DNA of 64,000 bases, from assembly GCA_913059205.1 (NCBI GenBank), contig CAJXRM010000001.1, forward strand, positions 22,636 to 86,635. The letters are read 5' to 3'. The position numbers were made by a program, and so were the translations under genes. The DNA comes from an uncultured Flavobacteriales bacterium. Lineage in GTDB: Bacteria; Bacteroidota; Bacteroidia; Flavobacteriales_D; Crocinitomicaceae. Every line of letters begins with the position of its first letter. Position 1 is the first letter of the stretch. Shown here piece after piece: positions 1 to 8,576 of the stretch. Under the pieces are notes generated by a model. That model was not told the origin of the DNA. It saw only the letters and a list, made by a program, of their open reading frames with translations, and did no database searches.

Positions 1-1226
1 GTTCCAACTCCTGTGCTTAGATCATTAAAAGTACTTAAGTAGGTTCCACCATTTTCACTGATTTTGTTGTTATAATTCAAATTAACTTCAAGCACACTTC
101 CTACGGTATCAGTTTCAAAAGAGTAATTCATAAAGGCACGGTTGTTTAACCATTTGTATTTGCTGTTAGAAGTTTTATTTGATACTGTTCTCAAGGTGTC
201 ATCCAACGTATAGTGACCGTCTTGATTGTTTTTTCCTCCGCCAAAAGAGGTGTTTCCGTTGATACCAAGTGTTAATTTCTGTTTTTCGGTGAAGTCGTAG
301 GACATTTTTAAATTGTAATAACTCCATGTATTTTGACCGTCATTCGTCGATTCACTTTTGTTTTCACGGAAAACGCCTTCTTGGGAAGTGGTTGTAAATT
401 CTCCCTTTGTTACATTTGAATTGTAATTTGCTCCCAAATAAGAATTAACAGTAAACTTGTTTTTTTTATAGCTATAACCTAAATTCAATCCACCTGTTGG
501 TTTAAGTTGTGTACTTAATCCTGCTTGACTGCGAACAGTCATTCGGTAACCTTCTAACTTAAAATTCTTTGTGTAAATTTCAATTACCCCATTTCCACTT
601 CCCCCAGCTTTATATTTTGCGGAGGGATTGGTAATGATTTCAATTTTTTCAACTTGATCAGCTGGAATAGCTTTCAATTCTTCATTCGAAATTAGGGCCT
701 GTCTATCGATTAAAATTTGTGGCTTTCCTTTTCCAACAATTTCAATTGATTCATCATCTGGTGAACTCAACCGTGGAGACGCTTTTAGTACATCAAACAA
801 GGTGTTGAGTTGTTGTAATTCTGTTCCTTCAACGTTAATTGTCATTCCGTCCATTGTTCGTTCGAACATTGGTTTTTTGTAACTCACCTTAACCTCATCC
901 AAGGTTAAATCAGCGATGAGACGAACCTCTCCTAAATCTATTTTCTTTGTATTCAAAGTAGAAAATGGAATGTATTGTTTATCGAATTCAGGAACGTCTA
1001 CAACAAACAGAAAGGCAGTGTCTTTTGTCGCGTCAAACTTTAAATCTACATCAAAAGACTCCAAATAACTTCCCTTAACAACTGTCGAGTCTGCTGCTTT
1101 TACCACTAAAACTCGACCTTCGCCTTCGTTTAAGTTTTCACCAACAACTTTAGCTGTAAGATGGATGGTTTGCGCAAAAAGAGATGGACCTATAATAAGA
1201 GAAGTGAGGAGAAGAAAATGTTTCAT
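1..1226 (-). CDS. TonB-dependent-receptor-like outer-membrane beta-barrel protein (N-terminal part; C-terminus runs off the window)
   Basis: Absent from the ORF track because no stop lies in the window. My translation from the ATG at 1226-1224 gives MKHFLLLTSLIIGPSLFAQ (signal peptide), then TIHLTAKVVGENLNEGEGRVLVVKAADSTVVKGSYL (carboxypeptidase-regulatory-like). Further on there is a plug-like IEIITNPSAKYKAGGSGNGVIEIYTK block. I checked the frame codon by codon for about 70 codons and read the rest less rigorously. Confidence 0.55.
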   Translation of the reverse strand, partial: MKHFLLLTSLIIGPSLFAQTIHLTAKVVGENLNEGEGRVLVVKAADSTVVKGSYLESFDVDLKFDATKDTAFLFVVDVPEFDKQYIPFSTLNTKKIDLGEVRLIADLTLDEVKVSYKKPMFERTMDGMTINVEGTELQQLNTLFDVLKASPRLSSPDDESIEIVGKGKPQILIDRQALISNEELKAIPADQVEKIEIITNPSAKYKAGGSGNGVIEIYTKNFKLEGYRMTVRSQAGLSTQLKPTGGLNLGYSYKKNKFTVNSYLGANYNSNVTKGEFTTTSQEGVFRENKSESTNDGQNTWSYYNLKMSYDFTEKQKLTLGINGNTSFGGGKNNQDGHYTLDDTLRTVSNKTSNSKYKWLNNRAFMNYSFETDTVGSVLEVNLNYNNKISENGGTYLSTFNDLSTGVG

Positions 1227-1352
1227 TAAGCGAGTATAAGTAAATTATATAATTGAATAATAACTAAAGGTTACAGCGTTTTGTTAATTAAAATTAAATC
1301 TAAATATAAGGCGATGAAGACCAACTTTTTAGGCGGTTAATGTAAATTAGTG

Positions 1353-1360
1353 TAAATTTG
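1353..1360 (+). promoter_or_regulatory. Bacteroidetes-type -7 promoter box (TAAATTTG)
   Basis: Matches the TAnnTTTG consensus of Bacteroidetes primary-sigma promoters and lies 16 nt upstream of the ATG at 1376. Confidence 0.35.
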
Positions 1361-1375
1361 AGTTCTAAATTGTAA

Positions 1376-2515
1376 ATGATGAAAAACCTATTAATTCTAC
1401 TACTTGTAACTTGCAATGTTGCGCACAGTCAGCAAACGATAACTTCTTCAATTATGCACGACGGACTTCAAAGAGATTATATTCTTTATGTTCCAGCGAA
1501 TTATACAGGAAGTCAAAATGTACCTTTGTTATTCAATTTTCATGGTTATACAAGCGATGCAACGGCACAAATGTATTATGGTGATTTTAGGCCAATTGCA
1601 GATACAGCAGGGTTTTTAATAGTTCACCCTCAAGGTAAAGAAGACGGAAATGGAAATACCCATTTTAATGTTTGGGGCACAACTTCGATTGACGATCTGG
1701 GATTTACATCTGCTTTGATAGATTCACTTCAGTTGGATTATGCGATAGACGAAGAGCGCGTTTATTCTACAGGAATGTCAAACGGTGGCTATATGAGTTT
1801 TCATTTAGCATGTAAATTAAGCAATAGAATCGCTGCAATTGCCTCTGTTACAGGAGCTATGGTGCCACAAACAATGTCAACTTGCGCAGCTAGCCATCCT
1901 ACAGCAATAATGCAAATCCACGGTACGGCTGATCCTACAGTTAATTACAACGGAACTGCGTTTGCTTCTGAATCTGTTCAAAGTATATTAAATTTTTGGT
2001 CTGGATATAACAATACGGATGTTACAGCAATCACAACAAATGTTCCCAACACCAACACCGGCGATGGTTGTACCGCTCAGCGCATTGAATATTTAAATGG
2101 TGATGCGTGTACGGAAGTTGTGCACTATAAGATTATAAATGGTGGTCACACTTGGCCAGGAGCGCCTGTAACAATTGGAGTTACCAACCATGATTTTGAT
2201 GCTTCAACAGAAATTTGGAAGTTTCTATCTAAATATGATATTAACGGGCTACGCGCTACATGTGCATTGTCCATTGAAAATATTGATGAAGGACACTTTA
2301 ACGTTTATCCCAATCCAAGTAATAAAGAAATAATAGTTAAAGGTGAGTTTTTGTCTGAGCAAAGCTATGAATTGATCAACACGACGGGCAAGCGAGTTGC
2401 GCACGGACATTTAAGTGACACGAAAAACACAATTGACCTTTCTAAATTAGATTCAGACGTTTACTTTTTAAAGTTGAACGACCAAACAATTCGAATTGTA
2501 AAGACAAAGAATTAA
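1376..2515 (+). CDS. secreted PHB-depolymerase-family / CE1-type esterase with T9SS C-terminal sorting domain
   Basis: Signal peptide, then LPLLFNFHGYTSDA, a GMSNGG nucleophile elbow and QIHGTADPTV, typical of PHB depolymerase/LpqC-type esterases. The C-terminal tail is a T9SS CTD (FNVYPNPSNKEIIV ... DVYFLKLNDQTIRIVK). Confidence 0.65.
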   Translation: MMKNLLILLLVTCNVAHSQQTITSSIMHDGLQRDYILYVPANYTGSQNVPLLFNFHGYTSDATAQMYYGDFRPIADTAGFLIVHPQGKEDGNGNTHFNVWGTTSIDDLGFTSALIDSLQLDYAIDEERVYSTGMSNGGYMSFHLACKLSNRIAAIASVTGAMVPQTMSTCAASHPTAIMQIHGTADPTVNYNGTAFASESVQSILNFWSGYNNTDVTAITTNVPNTNTGDGCTAQRIEYLNGDACTEVVHYKIINGGHTWPGAPVTIGVTNHDFDASTEIWKFLSKYDINGLRATCALSIENIDEGHFNVYPNPSNKEIIVKGEFLSEQSYELINTTGKRVAHGHLSDTKNTIDLSKLDSDVYFLKLNDQTIRIVKTKN

Positions 2516-4248
2516 TTTTTTAGAGCTTGTACAATTGATGTGTTTGTTTCAGTATTGACATGAATAAAATAAACTCCGCTCGAAAAATGTTCGGTTGTTA
2601 AATTTAGCGAGTTTTTGCTAGTGAATTCAGGGGAAATAATTTCCACCATTTTTACACCAACTGAAGAATACACTGTAATGTCTTTTACCAATAATTGACT
2701 TTCGAAAGTTAAAGTCAGTTCATTTTGAAAAGGAATTGGAGATACCGACAACAGGTTTAAATTAGTTGTTTCTATTCCACCTGTTCCACCACCAACTGTA
2801 ATTTGGGCTGTTGTACTGCACCCGTTCGGCCCTGTAATTATTACAGTATAAGTTCCTCCGCATAAATTTGTAGCTGATTGTGTAGTTTGATTTAAAGCAT
2901 CATTCCATTGATAGGTATAAACTGAAGCATCTCCCGAAATAACGACATAAGCCGCTCCATCGCATGTTCCATTATCTGCACTTTGAAAAAGGCTAAAGTT
3001 TATTTCTTCAGGTCCTTCAACAATAACACAAATGTTTTCAGCTTCTAACAACGCATCTGTTACAGTAACGCAATAGGTTCCTGCATTTAAATTTGAAATG
3101 GATTGACTGGTTTGATTTCCTGCGTTCGAATCCCACTGATAAGTATACGGACTTTGACCAGCATAGGCGTTGATAGTAATTGCACCATCCGCTTCTCCAT
3201 CGCAACTTACGTTGGTAATATCAGGATTAATTGCCAGACCATTACTTGTTGGATATGTAACAACAGTTTTTAGTGTAACCGGTAAATGATCTGACATATA
3301 ATATAGGGCTTTTACAACACTGTCTGGATACTGACTGTTTACGGGACCAGCTATTAGACTTGAATTGAAGTGATTTCCATCGTTGCCAATTGCGTCGTAT
3401 GAGTTTGGTAGATATTTTAAGCTGTCACTTCCGTTCATTACTGTGCCACTAACTAAAATTTGATCGAAGCGATCGTCAGAACCACCTTGAGAACCACAAT
3501 CTAGGTTTTGACCATTTCTTGTGGATTGCGTATGCAAATAGGCAAAAGAACCGTTATTATTCCAATTTCCGGGAGCGTTTATTGGGTCGATCAATGGATT
3601 GGAACCACCAGTAGTTAGGTTTTGATAACAACTTTCAGTACTTCGGTAAACATTTAAATCACCGCAAACAAAATGATTTCTATTTTGCGGTCGAGCATCA
3701 ATATAATTGCGGAGTAATGTCACTTGGTCATTTCTTATTGATTGCTCAGAAGATCCAGAGCCAGCTTTTAAATGACACATGTAAACTTCTATAAAAGTTG
3801 TGTCAAATAAATTCGACAAATTTGGATCGTTGACATACAAAACATAATGATCAATATCACGGACACTGGTTTCAATGACATGTTGTTCGTGCAAAATCAA
3901 TTTGGTGGAGTTGTAATACAACATGTTCTGTAAATCACCACCATTAGAATCGTTGTGATAATTTGCTGCCGCATAATTTGTTTCACCAAACACATTTAAC
4001 GATCGTGTTAAAACGCTGTCAGCGCCTCGTTTGTTTTGAATTTCGCATGCTACAAAAATGTCTGGTTGAGCGTAGTTCAAGATTTTTCTTAACGTATCAA
4101 ATCTGTTCGGAACGTTGGTGTTTGAACCGCAGTCATTTCTACCATCTGGAAAGTTGAGTAAATTGTAGGAAACGATTGTGATGGTATCGGATTGAGCACT
4201 CAAAGAAGATGCAATTGCCAAAGCAACTATTAAGAGAATGTTTTTCAT
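2512..4248 (-). CDS. secreted endonuclease/exonuclease/phosphatase (EEP) family protein with two SprB-type repeats and T9SS CTD
   Basis: The start is probably the internal MKNILLIVALAIASSLSAQ (ATG at 4248) rather than 4278. The N-terminal domain is EEP-like (SYNLLNFP ..., GDLNV, SDHLPV). Two SprB-type repeats follow (CDGEADGAITINAYAGQSPYTYQWDS...GTYCVTVTD and CDGAAYVVISGDASVYTYQWND...GTYTVIITGPNGC). The C-terminal tail (VSPIPFQNELTLTF...GVYFIHV) is a T9SS CTD. Confidence 0.65.
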   Translation of the reverse strand: MKNILLIVALAIASSLSAQSDTITIVSYNLLNFPDGRNDCGSNTNVPNRFDTLRKILNYAQPDIFVACEIQNKRGADSVLTRSLNVFGETNYAAANYHNDSNGGDLQNMLYYNSTKLILHEQHVIETSVRDIDHYVLYVNDPNLSNLFDTTFIEVYMCHLKAGSGSSEQSIRNDQVTLLRNYIDARPQNRNHFVCGDLNVYRSTESCYQNLTTGGSNPLIDPINAPGNWNNNGSFAYLHTQSTRNGQNLDCGSQGGSDDRFDQILVSGTVMNGSDSLKYLPNSYDAIGNDGNHFNSSLIAGPVNSQYPDSVVKALYYMSDHLPVTLKTVVTYPTSNGLAINPDITNVSCDGEADGAITINAYAGQSPYTYQWDSNAGNQTSQSISNLNAGTYCVTVTDALLEAENICVIVEGPEEINFSLFQSADNGTCDGAAYVVISGDASVYTYQWNDALNQTTQSATNLCGGTYTVIITGPNGCSTTAQITVGGGTGGIETTNLNLLSVSPIPFQNELTLTFESQLLVKDITVYSSVGVKMVEIISPEFTSKNSLNLTTEHFSSGVYFIHVNTETNTSIVQALKN

Positions 4249-4301
4249 TTGCTGTGAAATAAGACTACAAAAGTACAATGTTTTTTATTGAGAGAAATAA
4301 G

Positions 4302-6014
4302 TTAAGCTTCTTCTTCTCTGCGTTTCATTTTCTTTTGAGCGGGAGTCGGTTCCTTCACCCAAGAATTGTCGTATTTGGTCAATAAATCGGATGATTTTAA
4401 TTTGTCCAAGCCGATTTTGCCATCCATGTAATTTGCTAAAAGCTTAAATCGTTTTTTATCTTCCGTTTGCAGTACCAATAAAGTTGTATTGATAGAAGAT
4501 TTAATGGCAATTGGGATTCCACCTCCTAAATCAGCCCAATGTCCGCTTAAATAAAGGTTTTTAACAGGCGTAACATATGATGCAACCTTGCCTTGGTAAT
4601 TTTCTTTACCTGGTTTTTGGGCCATCATTGTTCCGTTCTTATTTCCAGTATAGCGATGATGAGTGATTGGAGTTGCCACATCACAATAAAGTATGTGTTT
4701 GCGTAGGTTTGGAATCAATTTTTCTTCTACACGTTCGATCAGAATGTCTGCATATTTTTGTTTCAATGCGTTGTATTCTTCACCGCGAATGTAGTTTCCA
4801 TTTTCATCTTTTTCACAGCCCCAGTAATTGTTGTTATCCATCCAAGCAGGAATAAATAAGGTTATTGTTCCATGTTCAGGCAGTGAAAGTGACTTGTCAC
4901 GCACCGTAGAGGCAAGAATGTGTATTCCACTTAAATGAGGATCACCTTGTCCTAATTCGTCTCTACTTACTGTCGGATCTGCAAGAAAAATAATTTCCTC
5001 ATCCAATCCAAGATCCTCTGACGGGCAATCGATACCAAGTGCAATTGTAATTGCCGAGGCGTACAATGGAGCTTTTTTTAAACGTTCTTTCATAAGAATT
5101 GGAACGGACTTTTCAGGTAACATTTTTTCGAACAATGTTTCCGCATCACAGGCTGCTATAACATAATTACTTCTTATTTCGTGTTGCGTACCACGATGAT
5201 CGAATCGCACTCCTTTTGCAACATTATTTTCCACCAGTACTTCGGTAACTTTCGATTTAAAAAAGATATCGCCGTTCATTTTTTCTGTCGCATACATTAA
5301 CCATTCAGGAAAACTTTGACTTCCACCATCTGGTGGAAGCTGAAAATCTTTAATATATGCCCAAGAAATGGGTATTAGACAGGATAATACGTCTGGCTCA
5401 GAACAAAATACACGATGAAGTTTTTCATCTTTAAAGTAGCGATTTAACCCCTTTTTTAGTTTCTCATTTCCAACAAATCGAACATGTGGTATAAAAGGCA
5501 TTGCAAAACGAAGCATTTTTAGACCATGAAACGGAATCTGATACCATTTCATCGAGTTCATTGTTCTACTTAGGTTTGCGTAGCGGTCAAATGACTTTCC
5601 AATTTTTTTTGCGTCCCTAAAAAAGCGTCGAATTCCTTTTTCTTCGTGCGGAAACTCCTTAATCCATTCTTCTTTTAGTTCGTCCGGGTTGTTACTTACT
5701 AAGTAGTCAAATTCATCGCTTACAAAACGTCGAATTCGTTTTTGGTCGCGACATTTTGGATAATCGTCTCCAATTATTTTGAAAATCTTGGTCACCAGCC
5801 CATTTGGACCGCAATTATTTAGCCAATGAATTGCAGAATCGAATCGGAAGTCATGTCGTCTGAACCCAGCTAAGTAGCCACCAGGTCTGTTGTCCATTTC
5901 AATAACACAACAAGAAATGCCAGCTTTACTGAACAAAGCAGCTGAGGTTAAACCACTAATTCCTCCTCCGATAATTACAACATCATAGTGTTGTTTTGGT
6001 TCAATTCCTCTCAT
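4302..6014 (-). CDS. NAD(P)/FAD-dependent oxidoreductase, CrtI/phytoene-desaturase-like superfamily
   Basis: N-terminal Rossmann motif DVVIIGGGISGLTSAALFSKAGISCCVIE; 570 aa, a length typical of the phytoene dehydrogenase-like family. The substrate cannot be read from the sequence. Confidence 0.6.
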   Translation of the reverse strand: MRGIEPKQHYDVVIIGGGISGLTSAALFSKAGISCCVIEMDNRPGGYLAGFRRHDFRFDSAIHWLNNCGPNGLVTKIFKIIGDDYPKCRDQKRIRRFVSDEFDYLVSNNPDELKEEWIKEFPHEEKGIRRFFRDAKKIGKSFDRYANLSRTMNSMKWYQIPFHGLKMLRFAMPFIPHVRFVGNEKLKKGLNRYFKDEKLHRVFCSEPDVLSCLIPISWAYIKDFQLPPDGGSQSFPEWLMYATEKMNGDIFFKSKVTEVLVENNVAKGVRFDHRGTQHEIRSNYVIAACDAETLFEKMLPEKSVPILMKERLKKAPLYASAITIALGIDCPSEDLGLDEEIIFLADPTVSRDELGQGDPHLSGIHILASTVRDKSLSLPEHGTITLFIPAWMDNNNYWGCEKDENGNYIRGEEYNALKQKYADILIERVEEKLIPNLRKHILYCDVATPITHHRYTGNKNGTMMAQKPGKENYQGKVASYVTPVKNLYLSGHWADLGGGIPIAIKSSINTTLLVLQTEDKKRFKLLANYMDGKIGLDKLKSSDLLTKYDNSWVKEPTPAQKKMKRREEEA

Positions 6015-6068
6015 TAATACTAAAGATAATCTGCAATGTAGAAAGAAATTAGCGAAGGCATAAAAAAA

Positions 6069-6094
6069 CCCCTCTAAAAAATATTAAAGAGGGG
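6069..6094 (-). terminator. rho-independent terminator of the esterase gene
   Basis: CCCCTCT / AGAGGGG 7-bp stem with an A/T loop. On the minus strand it is followed by a T7 run (A-run at 6062-6068 on plus). It lies 23 nt after the stop of 6117..7511. Confidence 0.6.
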
Positions 6095-6116
6095 TCTTAC
6101 CTAACCGATTAAACTA

Positions 6117-7511
6117 CTATTGTTTAACAAAGCGTTTGATGATCTTTTGATTTTCAGTATAAATATTTATTAAATAGCATCCTTTTTCCAAGTGATGGAC
6201 ATTAACTACTTTTCCATTCTGCATTTCGTCATCTAAATAAATTATTTTTCCATTTAGATCGGTAATGTTAATGGAATATGCACTTTTGATGTCTGTGTCA
6301 ATAGTTATTTTATCATTTGCTGGATTGGGATAAATGTTAAAGGTTGAACTCACTATTTCAGTTACGTCCAAAGTATTGGTGAAGTTGACGCAATTTGAAA
6401 TCTCCTTACACCCATTTACTTCTATTTCAACAGCGTAACTACCGTTCGTTATAGGTGAAAAAAGTTGATACGTTTCTGATGGTATTGGTGTATTACTTGA
6501 ACAGTCGAACCATTGATAAGAGGTCGCGTTCGCCTCATTTGAAGTTAACGATGTAGTTGAAACAGAGATGGTATTGTCAATAATTGGAATATTTATGTTG
6601 CACGTTTGGCTGTAACTAATTCTTGTTGATGTGACGACAGAGTCTTGAAAAACCGTGAATGCATTACAGTCATTTTTCAAAGTATAGTCGAGCCATGAGT
6701 TTACGAAATCAAAAGTGATTGAATGCTGTTCGTTTCTGGAAATTGAAATACCGTTTGATGAAGTTGACTCTCCAAAATCACAAGCAGCATTTGTGTTTGC
6801 AAAGTAACAGTGAGCGCCGCCAATTATGTTTAGTATAGTTTTACAAGTTGCTCCGAGTGCATTGTACATGGGAATATGATGGTCAATTGGAGGCGTAACT
6901 CCATCCTGAACACCAGATAAAATTAGTGCAGGAACCGTGATGTTTGTTGAAGATGATATTGATGAAACACCGTTCGTTGAGGATTCGGCTGGAGCTAATC
7001 CGACTAGTGTTTTTAAGTATTGATTGCCGTTTGAACAAAGCGAATCCGCAGCCAAAAATGCAGCACCACCGCCCATTGAATGACCCATTAAAGCTGTTGC
7101 TGGCGAAACGACGTTGTAAATAGGTGAAGTTGAAAGAACGTCTTCATTTTGAATTTCGTTTACTAAAAATTGCAAATCCCAACCAAAGTTTTGATGATTC
7201 GTAGAAAAAGCATTCCCTTCTGTTCTTGGGAATACCATTATATACCCTCGAGGTACAAATTCTTCCCATAAGTTCGTGTATGCATCCCACGCCATTACAA
7301 AACCGTGTCCAAATACAATTACAGGATATTCACCTGGAGAGGCAGTAACATTGTTGCCGGCTGTGATTGCAGGGTAGTAAATTTCAGTTTGGATATTGCG
7401 GTTATTGCGGGATGCATCAACGAATGTTTTTGTCATGTGCCCAATTTGTTGTTGAGCAATAGAAAGTCCGAATAGTAAAAATGTAGAAATAGAGAGTAGG
7501 AGAGTTTTCAT
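6117..7511 (-). CDS. secreted dienelactone-hydrolase-fold esterase, cutinase/PET-hydrolase-like, with T9SS CTD
   Basis: Signal peptide. Ser-Asp-His candidates sit in MGHSMGGGAAF, LILSGVQDGVTPP and IIGGAHCYF. From memory, these blocks resemble IsPETase/TfCut2/LCC ([41 protein letters not shown]). A Cys-containing beta domain follows, then the CTD FNIYPNPANDKITI...GCYLINIYT. Confidence 0.6.
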   Translation of the reverse strand: MKTLLLSISTFLLFGLSIAQQQIGHMTKTFVDASRNNRNIQTEIYYPAITAGNNVTASPGEYPVIVFGHGFVMAWDAYTNLWEEFVPRGYIMVFPRTEGNAFSTNHQNFGWDLQFLVNEIQNEDVLSTSPIYNVVSPATALMGHSMGGGAAFLAADSLCSNGNQYLKTLVGLAPAESSTNGVSSISSSTNITVPALILSGVQDGVTPPIDHHIPMYNALGATCKTILNIIGGAHCYFANTNAACDFGESTSSNGISISRNEQHSITFDFVNSWLDYTLKNDCNAFTVFQDSVVTSTRISYSQTCNINIPIIDNTISVSTTSLTSNEANATSYQWFDCSSNTPIPSETYQLFSPITNGSYAVEIEVNGCKEISNCVNFTNTLDVTEIVSSTFNIYPNPANDKITIDTDIKSAYSINITDLNGKIIYLDDEMQNGKVVNVHHLEKGCYLINIYTENQKIIKRFVKQ

Positions 7512-7514
7512 AGT

Positions 7515-8093
7515 TTATGATTTAAGTTTTATTGCGCCGTAGAGAATAAATTCTCTAAATTTTTTAGTTTCAGTTGGGATAATTACGATTTGATCAGTAA
7601 CATACATCTGAACTTCAAGTCCTTTAAGTGTGTTGACGATCATTTTTGCTGAAAAATCAACATCTAAAATTTCGATCGTATTGTTTTCCAATGCTTCTTC
7701 TAGAATGGCAGCAACATATTTTATTTCTTTTTGGTCAGAGCTTAGTCGATTGGCTTCCACGATAGGCATTAATTCAAAAAAGTCTTGTTTCAGGAAACTA
7801 TATCGGCTTGACAGTTGAAGCATTAACTTCATTCGGGTATCAATATATAATTCCAATTTTTCAATTGGGTTATTCACCTTTTCGACTGTGCTAAAAAGAG
7901 TTTTATTAAATGCCTCTGCCTCTGTTTCAACCAATTGAGCAAAAATTTCATCTTTTCCGCTGAAATAATAATAAATGGCCGTTTTAACTTTTCCAACGGA
8001 TTTCGCAATATCCGTTAATGTCGTTTTTTGGTAGCCATACTGTTCGAATAGCTCTTTGGACTTGGATAATATTTTAGTTTTGTTGGCCGACAT
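7515..8093 (-). CDS. TetR/AcrR family transcriptional regulator
   Basis: N-terminal HTH TTLTDIAKSVGKVKTAIYYYFSGKDEIF; 192 aa. Its stop is 4 nt upstream of the esterase start, so the two genes are likely one transcript. Confidence 0.8.
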   Translation of the reverse strand: MSANKTKILSKSKELFEQYGYQKTTLTDIAKSVGKVKTAIYYYFSGKDEIFAQLVETEAEAFNKTLFSTVEKVNNPIEKLELYIDTRMKLMLQLSSRYSFLKQDFFELMPIVEANRLSSDQKEIKYVAAILEEALENNTIEILDVDFSAKMIVNTLKGLEVQMYVTDQIVIIPTETKKFREFILYGAIKLKS

Positions 8094-8109
8094 TTGACAG
8101 TAGAATTAA

Positions 8110-8136
8110 TTTGAACTTTATAACAATATGTTCAAA
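8110..8136. promoter_or_regulatory. inverted repeat TTTGAAC-N13-GTTCAAA, candidate TetR operator
   Basis: Perfect 7-nt arms lying 17-43 nt upstream of the TetR start codon (8093). The right arm overlaps the -7 box at 8133-8140. Confidence 0.4.
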
Positions 8137-8140
8137 AGTA
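8133..8140 (-). promoter_or_regulatory. Bacteroidetes-type -7 promoter box (TACTTTTG on minus strand)
   Basis: The reverse complement of CAAAAGTA matches TAnnTTTG and lies 40 nt upstream of the TetR ATG. Confidence 0.35.
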
Positions 8141-8576
8141 TAAAAATAATCGGAGCCACATGCACTTCTGAACAATTTGTTAAATAACAAACAACTTTAC
8201 TTTTGGGTGTGAATTAAAATGGAAGAATAAAATCGCTCAGCACAGTGTTCTGGGCTTTCTATTGTGACCCAATGTGGGGCAGGTTTAAACCTTTTGGAGG
8301 ACGTTAATCGACTGATAATGTTTGAAAGCTCTAGGCTATAATAAAAAAAGAGCCCCGGTTTTTATCAATCCTCTTTTTAGTTGGATTCGTCTGGATTAAA
8401 ACCCTACATAATCAAATAGAGTTTTCATTTCTTTATTGCCTTTCTTTCAAATACACATCAAACAAATAAATGAGACCCGAATTTATCTAAATATTTTTTA
8501 TTCAATCTTCTTTCGATTCCCCCATCTATATGTTAAATTAGACGACTATAAACAAATGAACCCTATTACTTAAGAG

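Noticed and set aside
2512-2515. Overlapping or abutting stop codons of convergent genes (also at 20626/20627, 34160/34163, 43043/43046, 44421/44424, 53076/53079, 61896/61897) considered as a sign of mis-assembly or a hidden element
   Set aside because: The pattern is consistent across the window and both partners are full-length in each case. It simply reflects a very compact genome. Where space exists, bidirectional terminators are present.
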